Below, in pieces: positions 1 to 8,436 of a stretch of 20,000 nt of DNA. This stretch comes from an uncultured virus (IMG/VR IMGVR_UViG_3300035208_003515). Lineage: Duplodnaviria > Heunggongvirae > Uroviricota > Caudoviricetes. The first letter of the stretch is position 1. Each line of letters opens with the position of its first letter. The position numbers were made by a program, and so were the translations under genes. The notes below the pieces were generated by a model. That model ran no database searches. It worked only from the letters and a program-made list of their open reading frames with translations, and was not told where the DNA came from. Location of the stretch: IMG/VR virus record IMGVR_UViG_3300035208_003515; one strand, written 5' to 3'.

Positions 1-379
1 TAGATTATTAAAACCAGGTGGAATTATGGCAATCTGGGTATATTCAAATGAAGGCTGGAAGGCACGAGCGTTTAACTTTGTCTCAGGAATACACCGGCTA
101 TACACTACGAAAATGAATCGAAACTTGCTCTATTCAATCTGCAAACTGGCAGTACCTTTTTACTATTTACATAGGATACCAATTATAGGGCTTTTTACCA
201 TTGCTTTATTTCCAAGTTCACTTCATCCAAAGGCCGAATGGCGAGTTCTTGATACTTTTGATTGGTATTCACCCAAATATCAGTGGAAACATTCTTATAA
301 AGAAGTAGTTGGATGGTTTAAGGGATTTAAGGACATAAGGAAACTCGGTTTTCCAGTAGCGGTTAGGGGAGTTAAATGA
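1..379 (+). CDS. Class I SAM-dependent methyltransferase, C-terminal part (5' end outside the window)
   Basis: The frame is open from position 2 (RLLKPGGIMAIWVYS...DTFDWYSP). It resembles the C-terminal half of the methyltransferase at 5601-6368 (LLKEGGTISIWVYS...DAFDVFSAP). Confidence 0.75.
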   Translation, partial: RLLKPGGIMAIWVYSNEGWKARAFNFVSGIHRLYTTKMNRNLLYSICKLAVPFYYLHRIPIIGLFTIALFPSSLHPKAEWRVLDTFDWYSPKYQWKHSYKEVVGWFKGFKDIRKLGFPVAVRGVK

Positions 380-552
380 AGTTGCTCAAATGGTATATCA
401 GATGGATAGATGCGCACCCATTCTGGTCAGTTGCCATTGCTATGTTGCCGTTCATGCCATTTTTTATTGTATATTGGTGTAAATATCATGGCACAGATGA
501 ATATAATGATATCAATACATGGAAATATTGGATAGGGGCAGGCGTTAAATGA
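376..552 (+). CDS. 58-aa small membrane protein (not in ORF track)
   Basis: [62 protein letters not shown] overlaps with both neighbours fill the gap exactly; one hydrophobic segment. Confidence 0.7.
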   Translation: MKLLKWYIRWIDAHPFWSVAIAMLPFMPFFIVYWCKYHGTDEYNDINTWKYWIGAGVK

Positions 553-2465
553 AGAATATTGACCGTTACGCTGCCGTATCCGGATACATCCTTATCTTTG
601 CCTCAATCATTGTCTTGAAAGTAAGGGACTTTCACCCTATCTATATGGTTGCAGCAGTCATTGGCCTACTGGCAATCACGGTTTACTTATTATGCAGGGA
701 TAGGCTATTTGTCGATGAGAAGTTAGATATTGTGGTCAAGGCTTTATGGAGTCTGCTGAAGGATAGATTAACAGCAATCCACAAATCGAATGGGTATGGG
801 TGGTTTGGCATCTTTGTAGCATTATCTTACCTTATAATTGCGCTGGTTATCTTCCTGATGTGCCCCGATCAATATGAAAAGCCTTTACCTTATTATATAT
901 TCGTTGCTGTGGCAGTTGGGATACTATTTTATCTGTCAGTCTATGAAAGTAAAAGAGTGAGGATTTACGCTATCTTGGTGTTGGCCTGTGTAATAGGGTT
1001 GATGCATATATGGACTGAGACTTTGATGTTTTCAGGATTGATAGGGATTGATCCCTGGTCACACATGAGGATGGTTACTCAGGAACTTAAAGATGTAAAA
1101 GACTGGACGTACTTGGGTGGATATTACTCAGCCGTCCATTTTTACTTGAAGTGGGCTATGGATTTGGGGTTGGATTACCGGATGGCTGCGCTAATATTCT
1201 TGGGTAGTGTCCAGATGGTAGGCAATATCGTCTTTTCATTCTTACTTGGTAAAGAGTTATTCAATATCAAGGTAGGCGTAGTCGCTGCGCTCATGCTTTC
1301 CTGTGCAAACTGGAACATAACCTTTGGGGAGTGGATCATCCCGAATAGCATTGGAGCGACTTTTGCACTGGCTACGGCCTATCTCATGATTAAACAGTAC
1401 AAGCATCACTGGACAATCTTTATAATCGGGGCGATTTTAGCGGTAAGCTACTTCTCCCACATGATAATTATGGTATGGGTGACAGGGACAATTATTTGTT
1501 TTACAGTGTTTCCTATCATATTTACACCGGATAAAAGCATAAAGCAAGTCTTAATTATGCTGGCGAAGCTAAGTGTTGTCCCAGTGATATTGATAGGGTT
1601 GGTGATAGCGTGGTTGATGTTTACTACAAATGGCCCAGGACTCTATGATACGGCAGTATCAACTAACTTCAATCCAGCATTTGGGATGACCTACGCAATA
1701 GGCAAAGCCCCTCTCTATGAAGGTCAACCTGTGGCTGTAGTGGTACAGGATAGTTTAAAGATATTTGACGAAATGTTTGTCAATTCAATAGGGTTTTTGT
1801 CTTTTATAGGGATAGCATTGATAGGGGTTTTAATGATGCTGAGGCGCAGCCGCTTCAATATTACCTTCTCTATCTTGTGTGTGACGGTGTTAGCGATAGG
1901 CTTTTTCCCACCTCTGTTCGGGTTTTCACTGGTTGAAATGCGCTGGTGGTATCTTGCTCAGTGTTTGATGGCAGTGCCTCTGGGTGCTGCACTGGTTTAT
2001 TTAACACAGGGTAAACGCTATGCAGTGTTGATAATGAGTGTACTGGTAATGGCAGTCGTGTTTTTTAACATTATCGGGCTTATGAGTAACAATACGCAGC
2101 GTGCCTTATCCCCAAATCAAATCGTCCGATATGGATTGACAGATAAAGAGATGGCAGGATTGATTGTTGCCACAAGCTATAACCCAAATAAAATAGGATC
2201 GGACACCTATTATCTCTCGTATGTAGTCAGTGATATAAAACGCCTATCAAGGGCAGAATGGATAGAAGATCACATATTTAAAGGTGACTTCAGAGATTGT
2301 GAAGCGGATGTGCTTTTAATAAGGGATTCACTCTACCGTGAACCATTCGGATATGGTGGAGGGACAATTTACCGTCTAAACTTCAATCCGGCTGACATAG
2401 CAGCGAAGCAGGGATACCGGTTAGTCTATTCAAATGGTGATATTCAGTGCTTAATACGGAGGTAA
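549..2465 (+). CDS. Polytopic membrane protein, probable GT-C-fold glycosyltransferase-like
   Basis: 638 aa with many hydrophobic segments, an acidic loop motif (GIDPWSH) followed by a Y-rich loop, and a soluble C-terminal domain, in a glycosylation context. The family is inferred, not searched. Confidence 0.55.
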   Translation: MKNIDRYAAVSGYILIFASIIVLKVRDFHPIYMVAAVIGLLAITVYLLCRDRLFVDEKLDIVVKALWSLLKDRLTAIHKSNGYGWFGIFVALSYLIIALVIFLMCPDQYEKPLPYYIFVAVAVGILFYLSVYESKRVRIYAILVLACVIGLMHIWTETLMFSGLIGIDPWSHMRMVTQELKDVKDWTYLGGYYSAVHFYLKWAMDLGLDYRMAALIFLGSVQMVGNIVFSFLLGKELFNIKVGVVAALMLSCANWNITFGEWIIPNSIGATFALATAYLMIKQYKHHWTIFIIGAILAVSYFSHMIIMVWVTGTIICFTVFPIIFTPDKSIKQVLIMLAKLSVVPVILIGLVIAWLMFTTNGPGLYDTAVSTNFNPAFGMTYAIGKAPLYEGQPVAVVVQDSLKIFDEMFVNSIGFLSFIGIALIGVLMMLRRSRFNITFSILCVTVLAIGFFPPLFGFSLVEMRWWYLAQCLMAVPLGAALVYLTQGKRYAVLIMSVLVMAVVFFNIIGLMSNNTQRALSPNQIVRYGLTDKEMAGLIVATSYNPNKIGSDTYYLSYVVSDIKRLSRAEWIEDHIFKGDFRDCEADVLLIRDSLYREPFGYGGGTIYRLNFNPADIAAKQGYRLVYSNGDIQCLIRR

Positions 2466-2466
2466 T

Positions 2467-2748
2467 GTGATGAAATATAGAAAGAAGCCAATAGTGGTTG
2501 ATGCAGATATCTATCGTGCAGGAATGGAAGATGGTTTTCTGTTAGAATCATATCTACCCATAACCCCGACTCCAATGATGCGAGCTATTAGTAAGATTGT
2601 GCTTGAAGGGCAAGTTGCATTTCCTTATATAAACACTCTTGAAGGTCGTCATTTCATAAGTCGTGGTGATTATATCATTATAGGTGTGCAAGGTGAACGA
2701 TATCCCTGTAAGCCCGATATTTTCGAAGCAACTTATGAAAAGGTATAG
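2467..2748 (+). CDS. Phage-type conserved hypothetical protein (PGDYG-like)
   Basis: Pattern YRKKP..V.A...TLEG....[22 protein letters not shown] is typical of a widespread phage family. Confidence 0.7.
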   Translation: MMKYRKKPIVVDADIYRAGMEDGFLLESYLPITPTPMMRAISKIVLEGQVAFPYINTLEGRHFISRGDYIIIGVQGERYPCKPDIFEATYEKV

Positions 2749-2751
2749 TCT

Positions 2752-3798
2752 ATGAAAATAGCTATTCTTGTAGCTGGTCTACCCCCTCTCTATAATGGTG
2801 GGACTGAAATAGCCACTGTAGAATTAGCTAAGTGCGCCTCTAAGAAACACGAGGTACACATAATAGCAGGAACAACACAGGATGGGGAGTATAAAATCAA
2901 CGGCTTAAACATCCACACAGTTAAAACAGTCAAGGCACACTACTTAGATGCCATACATTTCGTTCCAGGGGCTTTAAAAACGATGTTAAAGATAAAGCCT
3001 GATGTAATCCATGCCCAGGGTACTAAAATGGCACTGGCGGCCTTTGTAGCGTCAAAAATGACACGAATCCCGTATATACTCTATGGCAGAGGTGAGATTT
3101 ATACAAAATGGTTTGGGAAAGACTTTATGACCTGGCTTTTAGTGAATGGGGCAGATCGTGTAATCGCTCAAACACAACATATGGCAAAAGCCTTTGAAAA
3201 TTACACTGATAAAGAGATCGAAGTCATACCTAACGGAATAGATGCAGGGCGATTTCAGTTTGACAGGTGGGCGAAGTCCTCTCATTTAAAGGTAGCTGTC
3301 ACAGTTGGAAGGGCAAGGCCGGAGAAAAACCTTGCCTGCTTTGTAGATGCCATGAAATATCTTGAAAAAGAACTGAAGTTCGATCATGCTATGGGTGTTA
3401 TTGTTGGTGATGGTGAGCAAATCCCTGAATTAAAGAAGAGAGCGGAAGGTTCAAATATAAGGTTCATGGAAGCAGTAGACAATTCTGAAGTGCCCATGAT
3501 TCTTAAAAGCGCCGATGTACTTGTGAATACCAGTCTTTCAGAGGGTTTTCCGATGGCTATTTTAGAGGCAATGGCAGCCGGTTTACCTGTTGTAGCATCA
3601 AGGGTAACGGGAATACCTGAGATAGTAGGCAATTTAATTAACGGAATAGTAGTTGAGTCTGATGATTATAAGGCTACAGCGTTGGCAATTCATCAGATTT
3701 TCACTAAAACCATCATGGCTGACCTATTCAAAAGGAATAATCAGGCGAAAGCTAAGTTGTATAATTGGGATAGTGTAGTGGAAAGGCTTTATAGATGA
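2752..3798 (+). CDS. Glycosyltransferase family 4 (GT-B)
   Basis: N-terminal GG.E, KPDVIHAQ, IPNGID and the EX7E motif SEGFPMAILEAMAAGLPVVAS. Confidence 0.92.
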   Translation: MKIAILVAGLPPLYNGGTEIATVELAKCASKKHEVHIIAGTTQDGEYKINGLNIHTVKTVKAHYLDAIHFVPGALKTMLKIKPDVIHAQGTKMALAAFVASKMTRIPYILYGRGEIYTKWFGKDFMTWLLVNGADRVIAQTQHMAKAFENYTDKEIEVIPNGIDAGRFQFDRWAKSSHLKVAVTVGRARPEKNLACFVDAMKYLEKELKFDHAMGVIVGDGEQIPELKKRAEGSNIRFMEAVDNSEVPMILKSADVLVNTSLSEGFPMAILEAMAAGLPVVASRVTGIPEIVGNLINGIVVESDDYKATALAIHQIFTKTIMADLFKRNNQAKAKLYNWDSVVERLYR

Positions 3799-5604
3799 GC
3801 GATATTAAGCAGAAGCGCAAACGAAAGCGAATATTCATTATAGTTGGGTTGGCTCTATTTGCATGTGGGGCAGCAGTTGGTGGATATTTCTATTATCAGC
3901 ACCAACAAGAGAACAAAATACCTGAAATTCCTCTAAGTGAAGCTGTGCTGTTATCTAAGGCGCATGTATTTAGTGATATGAAGATAGGCGATAGTCAGAT
4001 TACTTTAACAGTGGCATCAGGATTTACTGATTGGGATTCAATAGCTACCGTAGATACTGATAAAAAGTCTGTCAATTTAAATACAAATAGTAAGGTTACT
4101 GTTGATGTAGGTAGTCTATCGTTAAATGACTTGCAGGATATAGGCTTTGTTGCACCGAAATCATATACTCACAACAGCCAATCAGAAGGTTTTAATTGGG
4201 GTTCACTTCCTGGTATTGTATTACCACTATTGTTTCTTGGTTGGTGGGTTTATATGGCTGTTGTTCTTCTCTGACATAATAGCAGGTGGATTTAATAAGT
4301 ATAAGAAGGATAAAACATCCATATTGTTCTCTGATATTGGTGGATTGTTAGATGCCAAAGAAAAACTGTTAGAGGCTTCACGGTTTATAACAGACAAGTC
4401 TTATTTCCTTAACGTAGGGGCAAAAGTCCCACGTGGAATATTATTAACCGGTGCGCCAGGAGTAGGTAAGACTATGCTTGCACGGGCAATGGCTACTGAG
4501 GCGGGTATAGGATTCTATTATGCTTCAGGAACAGAGTTTCATAGCTATTTTGTGGCGATGGCATCAAGGCGTGTCAAAAAGCTATTCAGATTGGCAAAAC
4601 AGCATCCAAGTATTGTGTTTATTGACGAGTTTGATTCGATAGGTATGGCTCGTAGTTTCAGAGGAACGGATATGTCTACTGATAACGAACATACTCTTAA
4701 TCAGCTACTTGCTGAAATGGATGGGTTTAAAAAAGATACTCAGGTTATCGTTATTGCAGCTACTAACCATCCCGAAGTGCTTGACCCTGCATTGTTAAGG
4801 CCAGGTAGATTCGATAGGCAGATAACCATATCGTTACCTACACTTGCTGAAAGAAGTGAGATAATCAAGATACATCAGAAGGGCAAACCTATAGCAGACG
4901 ATGTTGATATAGATGTTATAGCAAGGCAAACAGGCGGTTTAAGTGGTGCTGATTTGGCAGGAATGATGAATGAGGCAGCGTTGATAGCTGGACGACAGTG
5001 TAAAGATAAGATCAATATGGTTGATATCTCCAATGCCATAGACAATGTTACTGCTGGGAGTGAGCGTAAAGCACTTGTATTGACTGATGTTGATAAAAAG
5101 GTACTTGCTTATCATGAATCAGGCCATGCGCTTGTAGCCTCAATGTTCCCTGAGTGCGGGAAGGTACAGCGGATATCTATTTTGCCTCACGGAATGGCAG
5201 GTGGATTCACACGATTATCAGAAGATAAAGAGAAGTTGGTAATCACAAAGAAAATAGCAATGGAGAATATTTCAATATTGTTTGCCGGACGTGTTGCAGA
5301 GGAAGCAGTTACAGGTGATCTAAGTAGTGGCGCACAAAACGACATAATGAAAGCCAACCAAATAGCTACTGAAATGGTCGCTCATTATGGGATGGGAGCA
5401 AAGTTCGGACTGAGATATTATGATACATCGAGCAAAGAAGCTAATCCTATTATTAATGAAGATATAAAAAGCATCTTGGATGATTGCTACGTGACAGCAA
5501 AACAGGTTATCGAAGGCAACCAGGACAAGTTAAATAAGCTGGCAAGCAAACTCATTGAAGTGGAAGCCTTAAATGCTGATGAAGTAGAGGATTTGTTGAA
5601 ATGA
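3795..5604 (+). CDS. ftsH: FtsH-family ATP-dependent zinc metalloprotease split by a +1 frameshift near 4231-4240 (ORFs 3795-4274 and 4147-5604)
   Basis: The first ORF has TM1, an extracytoplasmic domain and the start of TM2. The second has the rest of TM2, Walker A GAPGVGKT, Walker B IVFIDE, SRH LDPALLRPGRFDR and the zinc motif HESGH. Confidence 0.88.
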
Positions 5605-6368
5605 CCTTAAAAGAACGTACTGCTGCAAGTTTTGGCTTTGAATGGGCAAAGTTCAATGATATATTTGCTGAATATGAAGCCAATTTCCTCAGTTATATCG
5701 CTCCCATAGATAAAGACTTTTTCAAAGGTAAATTAGTCTTAGATGCTGGATGTGGCGCTGGTAGACACTCGTACTTTGCAGCCAAATATGGGGCAAGTGT
5801 TGTAGCAATTGATCTCAGTGAAAAGTCAGTTCAGTCAGCCAGAGATAATCTAAGTGATATGGATGCTCATGTTATACAGAGTGATATCTGCACTTTTGAA
5901 CACCACAGGAAATTTGACTACATCTTTTCAATAGGAGTGCTTCATCACCTTCCCGATCCGCAGGCCGGATTTAATCATTTAGTCACACTTTTAAAAGAAG
6001 GTGGCACTATATCAATATGGGTTTACAGTAAAGAGGACAATTGGCTGGCAATTAATTTCTATGAGCCTATAAGGAAGATCACAACCAGGTTGCCACATAA
6101 ACTACTCTACTATTTATCTTATATTCCTGCTTTAATAGTGGAGATATGTAATAGGTTGAAGCTTCCAATCTTCAGTTATTACATCAAGTTCCCTTTTAAG
6201 ACGAAATTGAATGATGCCTTTGATGTGTTTTCAGCACCGTCAGCAAGGTATTATTCGCTTGGGGATATTTACGATTGGCTTTTACAGGCTGGCTTGCGGG
6301 ATTGCCACCCCCATTATCGTGTATTAGATGGAGTAATTAAAGGAATCATAGGGATGGGTAGAAAGTAA
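5601..6368 (+). CDS. Class I SAM-dependent methyltransferase
   Basis: Motif I VLDAGCGAG, AIDLS and FDYIFSIGVLHH. Confidence 0.9.
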   Translation: MTLKERTAASFGFEWAKFNDIFAEYEANFLSYIAPIDKDFFKGKLVLDAGCGAGRHSYFAAKYGASVVAIDLSEKSVQSARDNLSDMDAHVIQSDICTFEHHRKFDYIFSIGVLHHLPDPQAGFNHLVTLLKEGGTISIWVYSKEDNWLAINFYEPIRKITTRLPHKLLYYLSYIPALIVEICNRLKLPIFSYYIKFPFKTKLNDAFDVFSAPSARYYSLGDIYDWLLQAGLRDCHPHYRVLDGVIKGIIGMGRK

Positions 6369-6411
6369 CTAAAACCTTTGCCGTAGTAAACAAAATTTAT
6401 CACTAAAACTA

Positions 6412-6441
6412 TTGACAGTGACATATAACACATGGTATGCT
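6412..6441 (+). promoter_or_regulatory. Sigma70-type promoter of the tRNA array
   Basis: TTGACA (6412-6417), 18-nt spacer, extended -10 TGgTATGCT (6433-6441). Confidence 0.8.
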
Positions 6442-6450
6442 ACTAAAACA

Positions 6451-6591
6451 ATGCTCAAGCAAATAGGTACACAAACATCAACAAGTGAACGCCTTACTAA
6501 AACGGCGGTTAGATTTGCATTGCCATCTTATTTACACAATATTGATATATCACAGGATTGGCAATCGAATTTGAGGGTTTGTAAAGTCTAA
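6451..6591 (+). CDS. Putative 46-aa leader peptide (uORF) of the tRNA array
   Basis: MLKQIGTQTSTSERLTKTAVRFALPSYLHNIDISQDWQSNLRVCKV*. The ATG is ~3 nt after the predicted TSS with no SD (near-leaderless), and the last codons overlap the antiterminator arm. Confidence 0.6.
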   Translation: MLKQIGTQTSTSERLTKTAVRFALPSYLHNIDISQDWQSNLRVCKV

Positions 6592-6653
6592 GTACAAAGA
6601 CTAAGTAATAAGGATAACATGAACCCTCAAGGATAAAACCAAGAGGGTTTTTT
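6571..6653 (+). terminator. Attenuator: antiterminator 6571-6582/6619-6630 competing with intrinsic terminator 6622-6653
   Basis: AACCCTC (6622-6628) pairs either with GAGGGTT (6643-6649, followed by a T tract) or, as part of ATGAACCCTCAA, with upstream TTGAGGGTTTGT. Confidence 0.7.
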
Positions 6654-6658
6654 AGTGG

Positions 6659-6675
6659 ACTTTAATAATTGAATA
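6659..6675 (+). promoter_or_regulatory. boxA-like antitermination element (similar copies at 6833-6849, 7217-7233, 16600-16616)
   Basis: ACTTTAATAATTGAATA resembles rRNA-operon boxA (CTTTAACAA core) and recurs just before RNA genes. Confidence 0.5.
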
Positions 6676-6678
6676 TGT

Positions 6679-6752
6679 GGCTGTGTCAGCTAATGGCAGG
6701 CTAGAAGTTTTTCACACTTCCAATCAGAGTTCGATCCTCTGTACAGCCACCA
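6679..6752 (+). tRNA. tRNA-Glu(TTC)
   Basis: Acceptor GGCTGTG/TACAGCC; anticodon arm GAAGT-TTTTCAC-ACTTC; encoded CCA. Confidence 0.88.
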
Positions 6753-6753
6753 C

Positions 6754-6828
6754 GGTCTATTGGTGTAGCGGTTTGCATGTTTGCTTGTCAAGCAATTGGT
6801 GATGGTTCAACTCCCTCATAGACCGCCA
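6754..6828 (+). tRNA. tRNA-Asp(GTC)
   Basis: GGTCTAT/ATAGACC; loop TTGTCAA; G73; CCA. Confidence 0.88.
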
Positions 6829-6853
6829 AAGAACTTTAATAATTTTATATTGT

Positions 6854-6943
6854 GGAGAGTTGGCAGAATATGGTAATTGCGGCGGTTTGCTAAACCGTTG
6901 ACCCTAAAAAGTCACACTGGTTCAAATCCAGTACTCTCCGCCA
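6854..6943 (+). tRNA. tRNA-Ser(GCT)
   Basis: GGAGAGT/ACTCTCC; loop TTGCTAA; long variable arm; G73; CCA. Confidence 0.93.
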
Positions 6944-6947
6944 ATGT

Positions 6948-7024
6948 GGTGGGAATAGTGTTAGTGATTAGCACGAGTGGTTGTGACCCACTTAGGACTG
7001 GTTTGAGTCCAGTTTCTCACCCCA
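6948..7024 (+). tRNA. tRNA-His(GTG)
   Basis: Encoded G-1 opposite C73; loop TTGTGAC; A19/U56 variant; CCA. Confidence 0.9.
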
Positions 7025-7028
7025 AAAT

Positions 7029-7105
7029 GGGGCTGTAGCTCAATTTGGGAGAGCGACTCGTTTGCACCGAGTAGGTTGGAGGTTCAATTCCTCTCAGTTC
7101 CACCA
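7029..7105 (+). tRNA. tRNA-Ala(TGC)
   Basis: GGGGCTG/CAGTTCC with G3:U70; loop TTTGCAC; CCA. Confidence 0.93.
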
Positions 7106-7106
7106 T

Positions 7107-7184
7107 GCCAGCGTAGCTCAGTCTGGTAGAGCGGTTGTTTTGTAAACAACGGGTCGCAGGTTCAAATCCATGCCGTTGGCTCCA
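7107..7184 (+). tRNA. tRNA-Thr(TGT)
   Basis: GCCAGCG/CGTTGGC; loop TTTGTAA; one bulged A in the T stem; CCA. Confidence 0.9.
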
Positions 7185-7240
7185 AAGTATTTTTGCGTTA
7201 GTAGCGTGAATATAGCACCTTAATATATGAATAGTTGTTT

Positions 7241-7317
7241 GCAAGAGTAGCTCAATTGGATAGAGTACGTGCTTGCCAAGTACGAGGTTGCGAGTTCGAT
7301 GCTCGTCTCTTGCTCCA
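7241..7317 (+). tRNA. tRNA-Gly(GCC)
   Basis: GCAAGAG/CTCTTGC; loop TTGCCAA; U73; CCA. Confidence 0.92.
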
Positions 7318-7318
7318 T

Positions 7319-7393
7319 TGAGGGTTCGTCTATAGGAAGGACACTGTGTGGCCGCACAGTAACGGTAGGTTCGAGTCCTATCACCCTCAGCCA
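7319..7393 (+). tRNA. Non-canonical tRNA-like RNA, anticodon undetermined
   Basis: Perfect acceptor TGAGGGT/ACCCTCA, G73-CCA, D arm and TTCGAGT T loop, but a 6-nt anticodon loop (TGGCCG) and a 6-bp T stem. Confidence 0.75.
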
Positions 7394-7394
7394 T

Positions 7395-7469
7395 ACTTCG
7401 GTAGTTCAATGGTAGAACACCTCCCTGTTAAGGAGATAGTTGAAGGTTCGAGTCCTTCCTGAAGTGCCA
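7395..7469 (+). tRNA. tRNA-Asn(GTT)
   Basis: ACTTCGG/CTGAAGT; loop CTGTTAA; G73; CCA. Confidence 0.92.
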
Positions 7470-7470
7470 T

Positions 7471-7546
7471 ACTCTCATCGTCTAGTGGTTCAGGATATCA
7501 CCCTCTCACGGTGAGGACATCGGTTCAAATCCGATTGGGAGTACCA
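7471..7546 (+). tRNA. tRNA-Glu(CTC)
   Basis: ACTCTCA/TGGGAGT; loop CTCTCAC; CCA. Confidence 0.92.
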
Positions 7547-7559
7547 TATTTGTCTTCAT

Positions 7560-7634
7560 AGGTCAGTCGTTCAGCGGCTAGGACATTTGCCTCCAAAGCA
7601 AAATACGAGGGTTCGAGTCCTTCTTGACCTGCCA
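7560..7634 (+). tRNA. tRNA-Trp(CCA)
   Basis: AGGTCAG/TTGACCT; loop CTCCAAA; G73; CCA. Confidence 0.92.
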
Positions 7635-7640
7635 AAATAC

Positions 7641-7715
7641 GCAATCGTAACTCAATGGCAGAGTGCCTGCCTTTTAAGCAGTACGTTGTGGGTTCGACTC
7701 CCACCGATTGCACCA
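7641..7715 (+). tRNA. tRNA-Lys(TTT)
   Basis: GCAATCG/CGATTGC; loop CTTTTAA; CCA. Confidence 0.93.
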
Positions 7716-7716
7716 A

Positions 7717-7792
7717 CGAAGCGAAGTTCAATTGGCAGAACATCGGTCTCTTAAACCGAAAGGTATGGGTTCAACTCCCATCGCTTCGACCA
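7717..7792 (+). tRNA. tRNA-Lys(CTT)
   Basis: CGAAGCG/CGCTTCG; loop CTCTTAA; A8; CCA. Confidence 0.92.
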
Positions 7793-7793
7793 T

Positions 7794-7868
7794 CAGAGCG
7801 AAGTGTTTATGGCAGCACACGTGCCCTGGGAGCACGAAGAGAGTGTTCGAATCACTCCGCTTTGACCA
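7794..7868 (+). tRNA. tRNA-Pro(TGG)
   Basis: CAGAGCG/CGCTTTG; loop CCTGGGA (C33); A8/U14; CCA. Confidence 0.88.
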
Positions 7869-7870
7869 AT

Positions 7871-7946
7871 GCCTCTTAAGTGTTTACGGATTACACATCT
7901 GCCCTCCAAGCAGAGGTAGAGGGTTCAAGTCCCTCAAGAGGCTCCA
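7871..7946 (+). tRNA. tRNA-Gly(TCC)
   Basis: GCCTCTT/AAGAGGC; loop CCTCCAA (C33); A8/U14; U73; CCA. Confidence 0.88.
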
Positions 7947-7947
7947 A

Positions 7948-8024
7948 AGGCGAGTAGCCCAATTGGCCGTGGCAACCGGCTTAGAACCGGAAATATGCGA
8001 GTTCGAATCTCGCCTCGCCTACCA
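7948..8024 (+). tRNA. tRNA-Leu(TAG), short variable loop
   Basis: AGGCGAG/CTCGCCT; loop CTTAGAA; A73; CCA. Confidence 0.88.
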
Positions 8025-8025
8025 T

Positions 8026-8100
8026 ACAGTCGTGGCTTGATAGGGAAGCAACTCTTTTACACGGAGTGATATGCAGGTTCGAATCCTGCCGACTGTACCA
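8026..8100 (+). tRNA. tRNA-Val(TAC)
   Basis: ACAGTCG/CGACTGT; loop TTTACAC; CCA. Confidence 0.9.
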
Positions 8101-8124
8101 AAAGTATATAAACCATTGTGTTGT

Positions 8125-8202
8125 GCTTGGGTAGCTCAGTCTGGTAGTAGCACTTCCCTGAAGAGGAAGGTGTCGTTGGTTCAATTCCAACTCCAAGCAC
8201 CA
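8125..8202 (+). tRNA. tRNA-Phe(GAA)
   Basis: GCTTGGG/TCCAAGC; loop CTGAAGA; CCA. Confidence 0.92.
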
Positions 8203-8203
8203 A

Positions 8204-8278
8204 GGCGATGTAGCAAAGTGATAATGCGGATGCCTGCAAAGCATCAGATCGGTGGTTTAAATCCACTCATCGCCTCCA
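8204..8278 (+). tRNA. tRNA-Cys(GCA)
   Basis: GGCGATG/CATCGCC; loop CTGCAAA; U73; A19/U56 variant; CCA. Confidence 0.9.
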
Positions 8279-8279
8279 T

Positions 8280-8354
8280 ACTGGGGTAGCTCAACGGTGG
8301 AGCAGGACTCTGATATAGTCAAGGTTGAAGGTTCGATTCCTTCTCCCAGTACCA
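8280..8354 (+). tRNA. tRNA-Ile(GAT)
   Basis: ACTGGGG/TCCCAGT; loop CTGATAT; CCA. Confidence 0.9.
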
Positions 8355-8359
8355 AATTT

Positions 8360-8433
8360 GCAGTGGTCGTTCAATGGTAGGATGCCAGTCTTATATACTG
8401 GAGATGGGAGTTCAATTCTCTCACACTGTACCA
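8360..8433 (+). tRNA. tRNA-Ile(TAT)
   Basis: GCAGTGG/ACACTGT (one mismatch); CCAGT-CTTATAT-ACTGG; CCA. Confidence 0.85.
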
Positions 8434-8436
8434 CTT

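Noticed and set aside
4147..4230. Independent start of the FtsH ATPase ORF at 4147
   Set aside because: The first ~30 residues are not FtsH-like and have no clear SD; the region is better explained as the alternative frame upstream of the frameshift.
6448..6660. T-box riboswitch as the explanation for the tRNA leader
   Set aside because: No T-box consensus (GGTGGNACC) precedes the terminator and no specifier stem I is evident; the uORF/antiterminator geometry fits better.
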